64,000 nucleotides of DNA from a candidate division WWE3 bacterium (lineage in GTDB: Bacteria; Patescibacteriota; 4484-211; GCA-002791395): NCBI GenBank assembly GCA_013335095.1, contig JAAXWF010000001.1, forward strand, positions 445,984 to 509,983. Reading direction: 5' to 3'. This document shows positions 28,084-36,278 of this stretch, piece by piece (within the stretch, counting starts at the first letter, position 1; the number at the start of each line of letters is the position of its first letter). The notes below the pieces were generated by a model that did not search any database, was not told the origin of the DNA, and saw only the letters and a program-made list of their open reading frames with translations. The position numbers and the translations under genes were made by a program.

Positions 28084-28329
28084 ATGCCAAAGCAACAGAA
28101 AAAACGTGGGGGTAAAAACCGAGATAAGCGCAACGAAGTAGTTGGTACAGAATGTTGGTTCTGTTCAAATACTGCACAGCCAGATTATAAAGAAGTTGAA
28201 GTATTGCGCGTATTTTTATCACCTCGTGGTAAAATCCTACCACGTCGAACAACTGGTACATGCGCCAAGCATCAGCGGGATCTGTCAGGATCAATAAAGC
28301 AGGCTCGTCAGGTTGCACTTATTCGTTAA
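28084..28329 (+). CDS. rpsR: 30S ribosomal protein S18
   Basis: 81 aa with the conserved core ...[25 protein letters not shown]... Confidence 0.9.
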   Translation: MPKQQKKRGGKNRDKRNEVVGTECWFCSNTAQPDYKEVEVLRVFLSPRGKILPRRTTGTCAKHQRDLSGSIKQARQVALIR

Positions 28330-28379
28330 TTGATTTTCCAAGTGGTTTTTTCTACAACTTAGTTTGAAGCGAGGTATAT

Positions 28380-28676
28380 ATGGCTTGGAAGGTCGTAGGA
28401 TATGCGATTAATGATGCATGGGGAAGTGAGCACCGTGTATTAATTTATCGCAATAATGAGTTGGTCGGTACCTGGCGAAATATGCCAGCCAGTGATGGAG
28501 AGCGCGAACGGGAGATCGTTTTGTACGTTAAAGATCACGACGTACTTAGATTTGCCGTGGCGCGCGCTGGTTTAAACACGATTGATGTAGAGATCGGCAG
28601 TGATCAGTATCTAATGGGGGATAAATTCCCTATAGATGGTACGGTTACTGAAGGTGCTACCGAAGAATATCGATAA
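28380..28676 (+). CDS. hypothetical small protein
   Basis: GAGG RBS. 98 aa, intermediate GC (~46%). Clean terminator at 28679-28708 (ccggtaaagactcttttaccgg plus T-rich). Confidence 0.45.
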   Translation: MAWKVVGYAINDAWGSEHRVLIYRNNELVGTWRNMPASDGEREREIVLYVKDHDVLRFAVARAGLNTIDVEIGSDQYLMGDKFPIDGTVTEGATEEYR

Positions 28677-28714
28677 ATCCGGTAAAGACTCTTTTACCGG
28701 ATATTTCATAAAGA

Positions 28715-28824
28715 CCTATAATATATACAAAATACACATTGGTAGTGTATAATGTTTTTACGTGTCTGTTTAATGGGCTTTGAGCCCTCGTGGAAGCCGT
28801 TTACGGCTACAAGGAGGAGTGCCA
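28715..28824 (+). repeat. conserved promoter plus 5' leader block, copy 1 (upstream of paralog P1)
   Basis: cctataatatatacaaaatacacattggtagtgtataatg is near-identical at 29269-29308. It is followed by the leader hairpin agccgtttacggct. Confidence 0.6.
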
Positions 28825-29190
28825 ATGGATCTAGGCACTTATCGACATCAGCGCCGTGGGGAAGCGCTGGTTGTCATGGTCTCGATCCTGGGAGTGGTTA
28901 GCCTGTGTGGCTTGCTTCTCCTGGTCCCCGGAGCCGGTCGGCACAGGGATTACTACCCGGCATACGGAGATCCGTATGCTTCAAGCTACAATCAGCCGGT
29001 ATCCTTGCCGACGCTCATGCCCACCATTCCGGCTCCGCCGGAGCAACCGTCCGGCTTAGTGACGGTTCGGCACGATACACCGCCTCCGCAGAAAGTCGTG
29101 ATCATCAACAACGGTAACGGGAGTGTTACTTATGTTGATACCCGCGAAACCGAGCGGTGGTGTATCTTTGTCAGGGATTGTCCGCCGTAG
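28825..29190 (+). CDS. small single-TM protein with Pro-rich linker and C-terminal Cys-motif domain (paralog P1)
   Basis: GGAGG RBS, TM VVMVSILGVVSLCGLLLLV, C-terminus VVIINNGNGSVTYVDT...WCIFVRDCPP. Paralogous to 29385-29759. Confidence 0.55.
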   Translation: MDLGTYRHQRRGEALVVMVSILGVVSLCGLLLLVPGAGRHRDYYPAYGDPYASSYNQPVSLPTLMPTIPAPPEQPSGLVTVRHDTPPPQKVVIINNGNGSVTYVDTRETERWCIFVRDCPP

Positions 29191-29213
29191 AGTCGTCGGG
29201 TTTTGTCGCAATC

Positions 29214-29251
29214 GTGTGGGGCCGGTCGAAAGGCCTGCCTCACACTTTTTT
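29214..29251 (+). terminator. Rho-independent terminator
   Basis: gtgtggggccggtcgaaaggcctgcctcacac followed by tttttt. Confidence 0.6.
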
Positions 29252-29268
29252 CACATTTAAAATAAAAG

Positions 29269-29384
29269 CCTATAATATATACAAAATACGCATTGGTAGT
29301 GTATAATGGTTTTACTTAACTATCGGGGGTACTCGGTGCCCCCTCTTGGAAGCTGCTTTTGCAGCTAGGCTTAAGGAGTGTTTT
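29269..29384 (+). repeat. conserved promoter plus 5' leader block, copy 2 (upstream of paralog P2)
   Basis: cctataatatatacaaaatacgcattggtagtgtataatg, then leader hairpin agctgcttttgcagct, which is compensatory relative to copy 1. Confidence 0.6.
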
Positions 29385-29759
29385 ATGCCGGAACTATTGG
29401 ATTGGTTCCTCAAGGATCCCGGTCCTGATGGCGGTTCGTCCATCAACTGGGAGAGGGTAATCGCAGTTGGGCTGCTTATGGTAGTCATGGGATTTGCTGC
29501 GCAAGCGATCTCCCATGCTAGCAATGCTCTGCAGCCGAAGCAGGCCATTATCCAGGTCGCTGCAACGCCGACCCCGCAGATCATCGTACCCACGCCGGCC
29601 CCGACCCAGCCGCCGGCTCCGCCGATGCAGCCCGATCTCTCGGGCGCCCAGGTCGTGATCATGAATAATGGTGACGGCGACGTCACCTACGTCAATACCG
29701 GGGTGGACGTGCAGGTGTGCGCGTTCGTCCGGTACTGTCCGCCGCGATCTAGTCCGTAA
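29385..29759 (+). CDS. small single-TM protein with Pro-rich linker and C-terminal Cys-motif domain (paralog P2)
   Basis: AAGGAG RBS, TM VIAVGLLMVVMGFAAQAI, C-terminus VVIMNNGDGDVTYVNT...VCAFVRYCPP. Confidence 0.55.
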   Translation: MPELLDWFLKDPGPDGGSSINWERVIAVGLLMVVMGFAAQAISHASNALQPKQAIIQVAATPTPQIIVPTPAPTQPPAPPMQPDLSGAQVVIMNNGDGDVTYVNTGVDVQVCAFVRYCPPRSSP

Positions 29760-29778
29760 GTTTCGTGTCCGCCAACGG

Positions 29779-29817
29779 GGTGTGGTGCGGGGATCTTCCC
29801 GCTCCACACCTTTTTTT
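29779..29817 (+). terminator. Rho-independent terminator
   Basis: ggtgtggtgcggggatcttcccgctccacacc followed by ttttttt. Confidence 0.7.
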
Positions 29818-29875
29818 GTACTATTTCATCATCTCGTAACCCATCCCGCTTCTGGTATACAATGGAATAACTGCT

Positions 29876-30997
29876 ATGCCTAAACTTGACGAACGGGTAC
29901 TTGTAATTGATATTGGAGATGTTTTTGCTCATGGCATCCTTTACAAACGTGATTATGACCATGTCGAACTACTCGAACACCAACGCACACTTCGTGCTAT
30001 TCCCGACGACCAATTGATTGAAGTTATCCAGCTAAATTACAAGGATCAGTTTGACCGAGTTGAGGTTATAGGAGCTCGGGACGAATGGTTCAGTAATAGT
30101 TTGCGTAAATATTCTTATGAAGGTGTAGCTTTGGGTCTTTTGATCGATGGCGATCAAGCTACTGCTGCGTATACGTCATTTGGTCGGCTACAACGCACCA
30201 AACGTTTCGATCTAGGATGGGGGAAGGGCGTCGAGAAAGCGATGTCGACCGGAGGAATTGATTTTTTACGAAATTGGTTTGATATTACTGGATACTCACA
30301 GGAAACACCAGCATTAATGAATTATCTAGGCAATCGTATCTTTTATCCTGCGGCAACCGGTGATTTACAGGCTGATTTTACTGCCTTAATTGGACTATTC
30401 CGTTATCTATTTACTCAAATTAGTTTAGAAAGTATGGTGTACGGTAATCATGAAGCAGTGTGGATGTCCGATGGAATTCGAAGAATTGTTTTAACCGGAG
30501 AAATATTTGGCGATATGCTCGATCAGGGGGATCTAATGTTGGCGATAATTGATAGCTTTAACCTCGAAGGCGTATGGGAAATAATTATCGACAGTAAGGG
30601 TGTACTACCTTCAACCGCGTTTTTTATTCAAGACGGAAACGTCCGGTTTGAAAATTTGGGACTTATCGAGATGGGATCAGTTATTGTACTCACTCATCAC
30701 TTCGATTGGGGTACCACACTAGGACAGCTTAAAATCGACTCAGGATTAAGTCAGGATTCAAAGATCTTATTAAAGTCCGGTGAATTAGTCCGGTTTCCGT
30801 TAGAAAAAGATGTAAAAGGATCGATTGAACTTACCGTTAAACCAAATGTTGATATTTGGGGAAGTGAAACATTAACCGATCTAAAAGGTGGATCTCTCGG
30901 ACTTGTATTAGATGTTCGGGGAAGACCACTACCTAAGGTCGATGAAGTTGAACGAATTCGTAAGGTCTATCCGCATTGGCGTCATGCGCTTAATTAA
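29876..30997 (+). CDS. divergent actin-fold (ASKHA) ATPase-like protein
   Basis: N-terminal VLVIDIGDVFAHGILY (phosphate-1-like) and a later IVLTGEIFG (adenosine/phosphate-2-like) motif. 373 aa. Function unknown. Confidence 0.35.
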   Translation: MPKLDERVLVIDIGDVFAHGILYKRDYDHVELLEHQRTLRAIPDDQLIEVIQLNYKDQFDRVEVIGARDEWFSNSLRKYSYEGVALGLLIDGDQATAAYTSFGRLQRTKRFDLGWGKGVEKAMSTGGIDFLRNWFDITGYSQETPALMNYLGNRIFYPAATGDLQADFTALIGLFRYLFTQISLESMVYGNHEAVWMSDGIRRIVLTGEIFGDMLDQGDLMLAIIDSFNLEGVWEIIIDSKGVLPSTAFFIQDGNVRFENLGLIEMGSVIVLTHHFDWGTTLGQLKIDSGLSQDSKILLKSGELVRFPLEKDVKGSIELTVKPNVDIWGSETLTDLKGGSLGLVLDVRGRPLPKVDEVERIRKVYPHWRHALN

Positions 30998-31003
30998 AAA
31001 ACG

Positions 31004-32107
31004 ATGAATACACGATCATTTTTAACGTACCAACGAATGCCTCTCGAAAAAAGTGTGGTGTACTTATTCAAACGCGGTCTTGATAAAACCAGTCAAATCT
31101 CTATAAAAGTTAACGATATCGTACGGCCCGAAACTGTTATTGCTGCCGGATGGCGTAAATCAGGTTATCGCACCTTTAATTTAGCTAAATTATTTAACGT
31201 CGATCCACATAAATCAGGAGATCTACTGCAGCGTACGATTGGAAGTCGAATCTATAAAGGCGATATCATTGCTTCATCAAAAGAATGGTTGGGGATGAAA
31301 GAAAAAGTATTTCGTAGTCCGTTAAACGGTGTTTTATTAGACTATAATCCGGTTTCATCGAGATTAACAATTCAATACTTACCTACAGAAATAAAAATCG
31401 TTGCAGGTGTGTATGGCAAAGTATTGCAGATTTTACCGGGTGAACATGTCGTTATTGGGACGCGTGTCAATTTAGTTCGTGGATTAGTTGGATTTGGTGT
31501 TGATCGCGAGGGGAGTGTTGTCGAAGTCGGTTATCCTGATATCCCAATTCAATCCGATCAAATCCTACCAAAACATAAAGGTAAAGTAATTTTTGGTGGT
31601 ACATCAATTTCTCTTGATGCCTTGTATAAGGCTCTTTCTTTGGGCGTTCAGATGGTTGTGACCGGTGGAATTAGCTTTGAAGATTTTGTCAGGCTTAGAG
31701 GTACAAAAGGCCGGTACGAGGATGTTGGCATCTCTGTGCTTGCTACCGAAGGGTTTGCCTCAAGTCCAATATATCCAAAGGTTTATGATCTACTTAAACA
31801 AGCTGAAAACCGTCATGTATTTTTCCAGTCCGATCGTAATAGTTTAGTAATACCAATATCGCAGAATGAATTTGACCCAAAAGATATAACCTTAAAGAGC
31901 GAAGAGGAGCACGGCCAATTATCCGACTTCGGGTTATTATATGAAGGCGCACCAGTTCGTTTAATCTCAAGTTCGAATTACGGATCATATGGTATAGTTA
32001 ATACGATTGACCATGATTCATGGATGATTGATGTCTCCCTTGAAAGTAAAAATATTTGCGTTCATCCAACGGAGCTTGAATTAATCCTCGATGAGTCAGA
32101 AGAATAA
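31004..32107 (+). CDS. hypothetical protein (367 aa), probably co-transcribed with 29876-30997
   Basis: Starts 7 nt after the upstream stop, low-GC codon usage, no recognised motif. Confidence 0.45.
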   Translation: MNTRSFLTYQRMPLEKSVVYLFKRGLDKTSQISIKVNDIVRPETVIAAGWRKSGYRTFNLAKLFNVDPHKSGDLLQRTIGSRIYKGDIIASSKEWLGMKEKVFRSPLNGVLLDYNPVSSRLTIQYLPTEIKIVAGVYGKVLQILPGEHVVIGTRVNLVRGLVGFGVDREGSVVEVGYPDIPIQSDQILPKHKGKVIFGGTSISLDALYKALSLGVQMVVTGGISFEDFVRLRGTKGRYEDVGISVLATEGFASSPIYPKVYDLLKQAENRHVFFQSDRNSLVIPISQNEFDPKDITLKSEEEHGQLSDFGLLYEGAPVRLISSSNYGSYGIVNTIDHDSWMIDVSLESKNICVHPTELELILDESEE

Positions 32108-32110
32108 GTA

Positions 32111-33346
32111 ATGAAATCTGGAAAACTCTATATCCAATTAATATTATCTGTTCTCATATTTGGTGGGGGCTATTGGGTCGGTGTTCAAAAACCTGGATTG
32201 ATTCCAGGCATCGGTGGATCGAGTCGTCCTGAGATTTCTGTTTTAAATAAAGAACCCCAATCACAAAATAAAATCCAAATTGATATGAGCTTGTTTTGGG
32301 AAGTGCTTTCACTTATGGAGAAAAATTATTTAGATATTGGTGATATTAAAGGTGACGATTTACTTTACGGGGCTGTCAATGGAATGGTCGCTGCAGCAGG
32401 AGATCCTTATACCTCATTTTTCAAACCCGATGACAATGTGAATTTTAAAGATGGATTAGAAGGTTTATATGAAGGAATCGGTGCACAACTAGGATATAAC
32501 GACGCTAAAGCACTGGTTGTTATGGCTCCACTCGAAGGATCACCTGCAGAACAAGCAGGAATTAAGGCAGGGGACCGAATTTTAGAAGTTAATGGTGAAG
32601 ATGTAAGCGGTTGGAGTATTCCGAAGGCTGTTGATGCCATTCGCGGTGACGCAGGTAGCGAGGTTACCTTAACCCTATACCGTGACTCAGGCGATAATGC
32701 AGGATCTCCATTTGAATTAAAAGTAAAAAGAGAACAGATCAAACTTCCTGCGGTCCGTTTGACCTATGTCGATAACAATCAATATGCCCATTTACGAGTA
32801 CTGCGATTTGGTTCTGAAACCGTGAGCGAATGGGACACTGCTGTCGCGGAACTCACCAAGTCGAATGTTAAAGGCGTAATACTCGATGTTCGCAATAATC
32901 CAGGAGGATATCTTAATGCTGCAATTCATTTGGGTTCAGAGTTCTTTAAAGACGGTGTCGTGGTTAAGCGTCGTGGGGTCGATGGCGTTGAGGAATTTAA
33001 AGTAGACCATCCTTGCAAGCTTTGTGACATACCCGTGGTCGTTCTTATTAACAAAGGTTCGGCAAGTGCTTCAGAAATTCTTGCGGGAAGTATTCAGACG
33101 CGAGGACGGGGTAGATTAATTGGTGAAAAATCATTTGGAAAAGGCACAGTACAGGAAGCTATCGAATTGCGAGACGGTACGAGTCTCCATGTAACAACCG
33201 CACGGTGGTTAATGCCTAATGATCAAAACATACATAAGGTTGGTTTAACTCCTGATATCGAAGTTTCAACAGAAAACGCTAGTGGACCTTTTGGAGATGG
33301 TAGCGACGATGCCCAGTTGCAAAAAGCAATTGAATCTTTCAGATAA
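32111..33346 (+). CDS. C-terminal processing (tail-specific, S41) peptidase with PDZ domain
   Basis: PDZ region (GIKAGDRILEVNGEDV) and S41 catalytic region (VLINKGSASASEILAGS...GKGTVQ). Starts 4 nt after the upstream stop. Confidence 0.85.
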   Translation: MKSGKLYIQLILSVLIFGGGYWVGVQKPGLIPGIGGSSRPEISVLNKEPQSQNKIQIDMSLFWEVLSLMEKNYLDIGDIKGDDLLYGAVNGMVAAAGDPYTSFFKPDDNVNFKDGLEGLYEGIGAQLGYNDAKALVVMAPLEGSPAEQAGIKAGDRILEVNGEDVSGWSIPKAVDAIRGDAGSEVTLTLYRDSGDNAGSPFELKVKREQIKLPAVRLTYVDNNQYAHLRVLRFGSETVSEWDTAVAELTKSNVKGVILDVRNNPGGYLNAAIHLGSEFFKDGVVVKRRGVDGVEEFKVDHPCKLCDIPVVVLINKGSASASEILAGSIQTRGRGRLIGEKSFGKGTVQEAIELRDGTSLHVTTARWLMPNDQNIHKVGLTPDIEVSTENASGPFGDGSDDAQLQKAIESFR

Positions 33347-33375
33347 TTCTCAGAAACTTAGATATAATAAATTAA

Positions 33376-34542
33376 ATGAATAGTTCAACGACCCAAAACA
33401 ACACTATCCGAATCATACTACTCATGCTGGTGTTATTAATCGGCGTCGCTGTATTAAAGCAATATACTCCCGAACTTCGTAGTTATCTAAGTAAGGAAAT
33501 ACCAGCGCTTAATATTACTCCTGCTGATTCTTCAAATAATTCAACTTCAAACGGTAATACTACTGTAGTGCAACAAAATGTGAGTTTAGTAGAAGAAGAA
33601 TCCGAAACGATTAAGGTTGTAGAGATGGCTTCACCGGCTGTTGTCTCGGTAGTCGAAAAAGCTGTCGATTATGATTTTTTTAATGGACTTCAGACTCGTG
33701 AAGCATCGATAGGAACAGGTTTTGCGGTAGAGAAAAATTTAGTTGTATCTAACAGGCATGTTGTCGAGGATAGTACCGCAACATATTCAGTTGTAGACAA
33801 TGCAGGAAATAAATACGAGGTAACCAAAGTATACCGAGATCCGCTCAATGATTTAGCGCTACTTGAGGTCAAGGATGGTAACTTTCCAACACTCACACTT
33901 GGAGATTCTGATTCAGTCAAAGTTGGACAAACTGCAATCGCGATCGGAAATGCCTTGGGTAAATTTGATAATACGGTAACCAAGGGGGTTATTTCTGGTA
34001 AAGGTCGAGGTATTACGGCTTCTGGTGGTATTAGCCAATATCAAGAAGATATCGAAAACCTATTACAAACCGATGCTGCGTTAAATCCTGGAAATTCAGG
34101 TGGACCGCTTCTTAATATAGGGGCTCAAGTTATCGGTATTAATGTGGCAGTTAGCTACAATTCGGAAAACATAGGGTTTGCTATACCAAGTAATGTGGTA
34201 AAAGGTTTGGTTGATGATTTCAAAAATGGTGTAGAGCGAAAGCGTGCATACCTTGGCATACAATACGCAATCATTACTCCTGATTTTGCACGTAATTCTG
34301 AATTCCCAGAAGGTGCGCTAGTACGTCAGGTCATTGCCAGTAGTCCAGCTGCAAAAGCAGGAATCAAGGTAAACGATGTTATTATTAGTATTGATGGCAC
34401 TGCTATAAACGAAAACAACCTATTGGCAGATTTCATTCAACATAAAAAAGTAGGGGATCAGATTACCGTAAAATATTGGAGAAATGGTTCAGAACAAGAA
34501 ACTAAGATAACCCTTGAAGGCGCACCAGATGTCACCGAGTAA
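33376..34542 (+). CDS. HtrA/DegP-family trypsin-like serine protease with C-terminal PDZ
   Basis: Catalytic triad context (NRHVV His, DLALLEV Asp, GNSGGPL Ser), a PDZ domain and an N-terminal TM segment. Confidence 0.85.
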   Translation: MNSSTTQNNTIRIILLMLVLLIGVAVLKQYTPELRSYLSKEIPALNITPADSSNNSTSNGNTTVVQQNVSLVEEESETIKVVEMASPAVVSVVEKAVDYDFFNGLQTREASIGTGFAVEKNLVVSNRHVVEDSTATYSVVDNAGNKYEVTKVYRDPLNDLALLEVKDGNFPTLTLGDSDSVKVGQTAIAIGNALGKFDNTVTKGVISGKGRGITASGGISQYQEDIENLLQTDAALNPGNSGGPLLNIGAQVIGINVAVSYNSENIGFAIPSNVVKGLVDDFKNGVERKRAYLGIQYAIITPDFARNSEFPEGALVRQVIASSPAAKAGIKVNDVIISIDGTAINENNLLADFIQHKKVGDQITVKYWRNGSEQETKITLEGAPDVTE

Positions 34543-34640
34543 CCATCCTGTTTTAATATTTAAACAGTAGAAAAAAATATAGATTTCAAAAAGGCCGGAG
34601 CTTTGAGTCCTTTTTAAGGGACTCAAAACCCCGGCGGTCT

Positions 34641-35066
34641 TTACCGGTTGTTGTAGTTGATGACCAAGTCGGATTCCTCCTCCGACTGGTTTTTCTCAAG
34701 AAGCCGACTTATCAGCTCGGCATATACTCGCAGTATAGCCGAGATATCGGTGATCTGCGGCCCTTCCAGTTGATCACAACCTGTCCCGACGACCAGGATG
34801 TAGTTATTCTGACCGAATCGGGTCAGCGATTCAACTTGTAATCGGATTTCATCCAGGGTAATCGTCAGTGCGATCCCCTGATAATGTGTCCGGTCACAAT
34901 GCCACAGCAGCGTATGCTTCCGACGTTTGGCCCGAGCTTCGAATTCGGGCGTTACGTCGGTCCAGTATGCCAGGTATCCACCTGGCGTTTCGACCCGAAG
35001 CAGGGTCATCGTATCAACGGAGCCCAATATGGACTCTCCTTTCCCCCCATAAGGGGGATACTCCAA
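34641..35066 (-). CDS. hypothetical protein, moderately high-GC
   Basis: 141-aa ORF, ~50% GC. Convergent with htrA; shared hairpin tttgagtcc..ggactcaaa at 34596-34624. Confidence 0.35.
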   Translation of the reverse strand: MEYPPYGGKGESILGSVDTMTLLRVETPGGYLAYWTDVTPEFEARAKRRKHTLLWHCDRTHYQGIALTITLDEIRLQVESLTRFGQNNYILVVGTGCDQLEGPQITDISAILRVYAELISRLLEKNQSEEESDLVINYNNR

Positions 35067-35142
35067 ATTACCGGCCTAATATAATTATAGGATAACTGAG
35101 ATGTAGAATCAAACGCTTCAAATTATACGAACATCAGAAAGT

Positions 35143-35328
35143 TTACTTTTGTTGAGCGGCAAATGATGTCTTAAGCGTACGAACTGCTGATAAAATAGGG
35201 TCTTGAGTGGGAACGACGCTTCCTAGGAAATGAAAACCGATAACTAATAAACCAGCTGCGAAAATAGCAAACATGTAGATCTCTTTATTTTCTTGTGCAA
35301 ATTGGTATGTTTTTTCTCGTAACGCCAT
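35143..35328 (-). CDS. small single-TM protein
   Basis: 61 aa with central hydrophobic helix FAIFAAGLLVIGFHFLGSVV. Confidence 0.3.
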   Translation of the reverse strand: MALREKTYQFAQENKEIYMFAIFAAGLLVIGFHFLGSVVPTQDPILSAVRTLKTSFAAQQK

Positions 35329-35363
35329 ACAAAAATTATAATCTTCAATATAAAAAAATGCAA

Positions 35364-36227
35364 TTATTGAACTACTGAAAACACGTTGCCAACGATAGCT
35401 CCATCAGCAGGTGAGTTATTCGTACCATCGCTTACGGTACCTGTTGCAGATATCGTGACCGTTCCTGCCGTTGTTGTTGAAACAATTGCACTTGCTACGG
35501 TAGCATTCTTATGTCCTTTTTGACTTAATACTACGCACCGATTTGTATCACGAATAACTCCGGTATTACGAAACGCTAAACCACCGCATACAACATCATC
35601 AAGTGTCGCTCCACCTGCCGTAATGGTAAAGTCTGCTGCAGTGACTGACATTTTTGGTGAGTCGAGGACAATTGGTACGATTACTTTTTTGCCGACTTTA
35701 ATGTCATCACCCGAAATCTCATATTCAAGCGTTGTTAATGGAGAATTTTCTGAGACAATCTCATTTTTAGTTCGTGTTGTGCCTGTTGCAATAACCGACA
35801 AAGTCCCGGCTGGTCCCGTTGTCACCACCGCTTGAGCAATACTTCCATCACTCTTACCATCCGGATTGGTAACGAGACAGCGGGAACCTCGGCTTCTAAC
35901 TTGATCCGAAGTAAAATCGGAACCGCCACACTGAAGTTCTACCAATACACCACCGGTTACGTTTACCGTAAAATCTAGCTCGGTAGCGGCTACATCACCA
36001 ACATAATCTATTGGAACAACTATCGTCGTGTCGGGGAATACCACGTAATCAGTATTTGAAGCAAATGAAGCGGGCTTGGGGTTTAAACGATTCAACAGAT
36101 CGTTGTTGAGCGGAAAGGTGAATGCTGTGGCTAAAAATAAAAGCACAAAAAATCCCGATACAAATATACCTACATTAGTGTGACGGCCTTCATCGGTAGG
36201 TGTAGTGATAGATATCTGAGAATCCAT
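35364..36227 (-). CDS. membrane-anchored secreted protein with two internal repeats, possible pilus-associated (TadE-like)
   Basis: N-terminal TM VGIFVSGFFVLLFLATAFTF then leader motif LNPKPASFAS. Two Thr/Gly-rich repeated domains. Immediately upstream of the vWA protein gene. Confidence 0.45.
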   Translation of the reverse strand: MDSQISITTPTDEGRHTNVGIFVSGFFVLLFLATAFTFPLNNDLLNRLNPKPASFASNTDYVVFPDTTIVVPIDYVGDVAATELDFTVNVTGGVLVELQCGGSDFTSDQVRSRGSRCLVTNPDGKSDGSIAQAVVTTGPAGTLSVIATGTTRTKNEIVSENSPLTTLEYEISGDDIKVGKKVIVPIVLDSPKMSVTAADFTITAGGATLDDVVCGGLAFRNTGVIRDTNRCVVLSQKGHKNATVASAIVSTTTAGTVTISATGTVSDGTNNSPADGAIVGNVFSVVQ

Positions 36228-36278
36228 TTATTGCTCCATTAAGTCAAAATAGGCCATATTTGTCAATAGACGTAGCCT

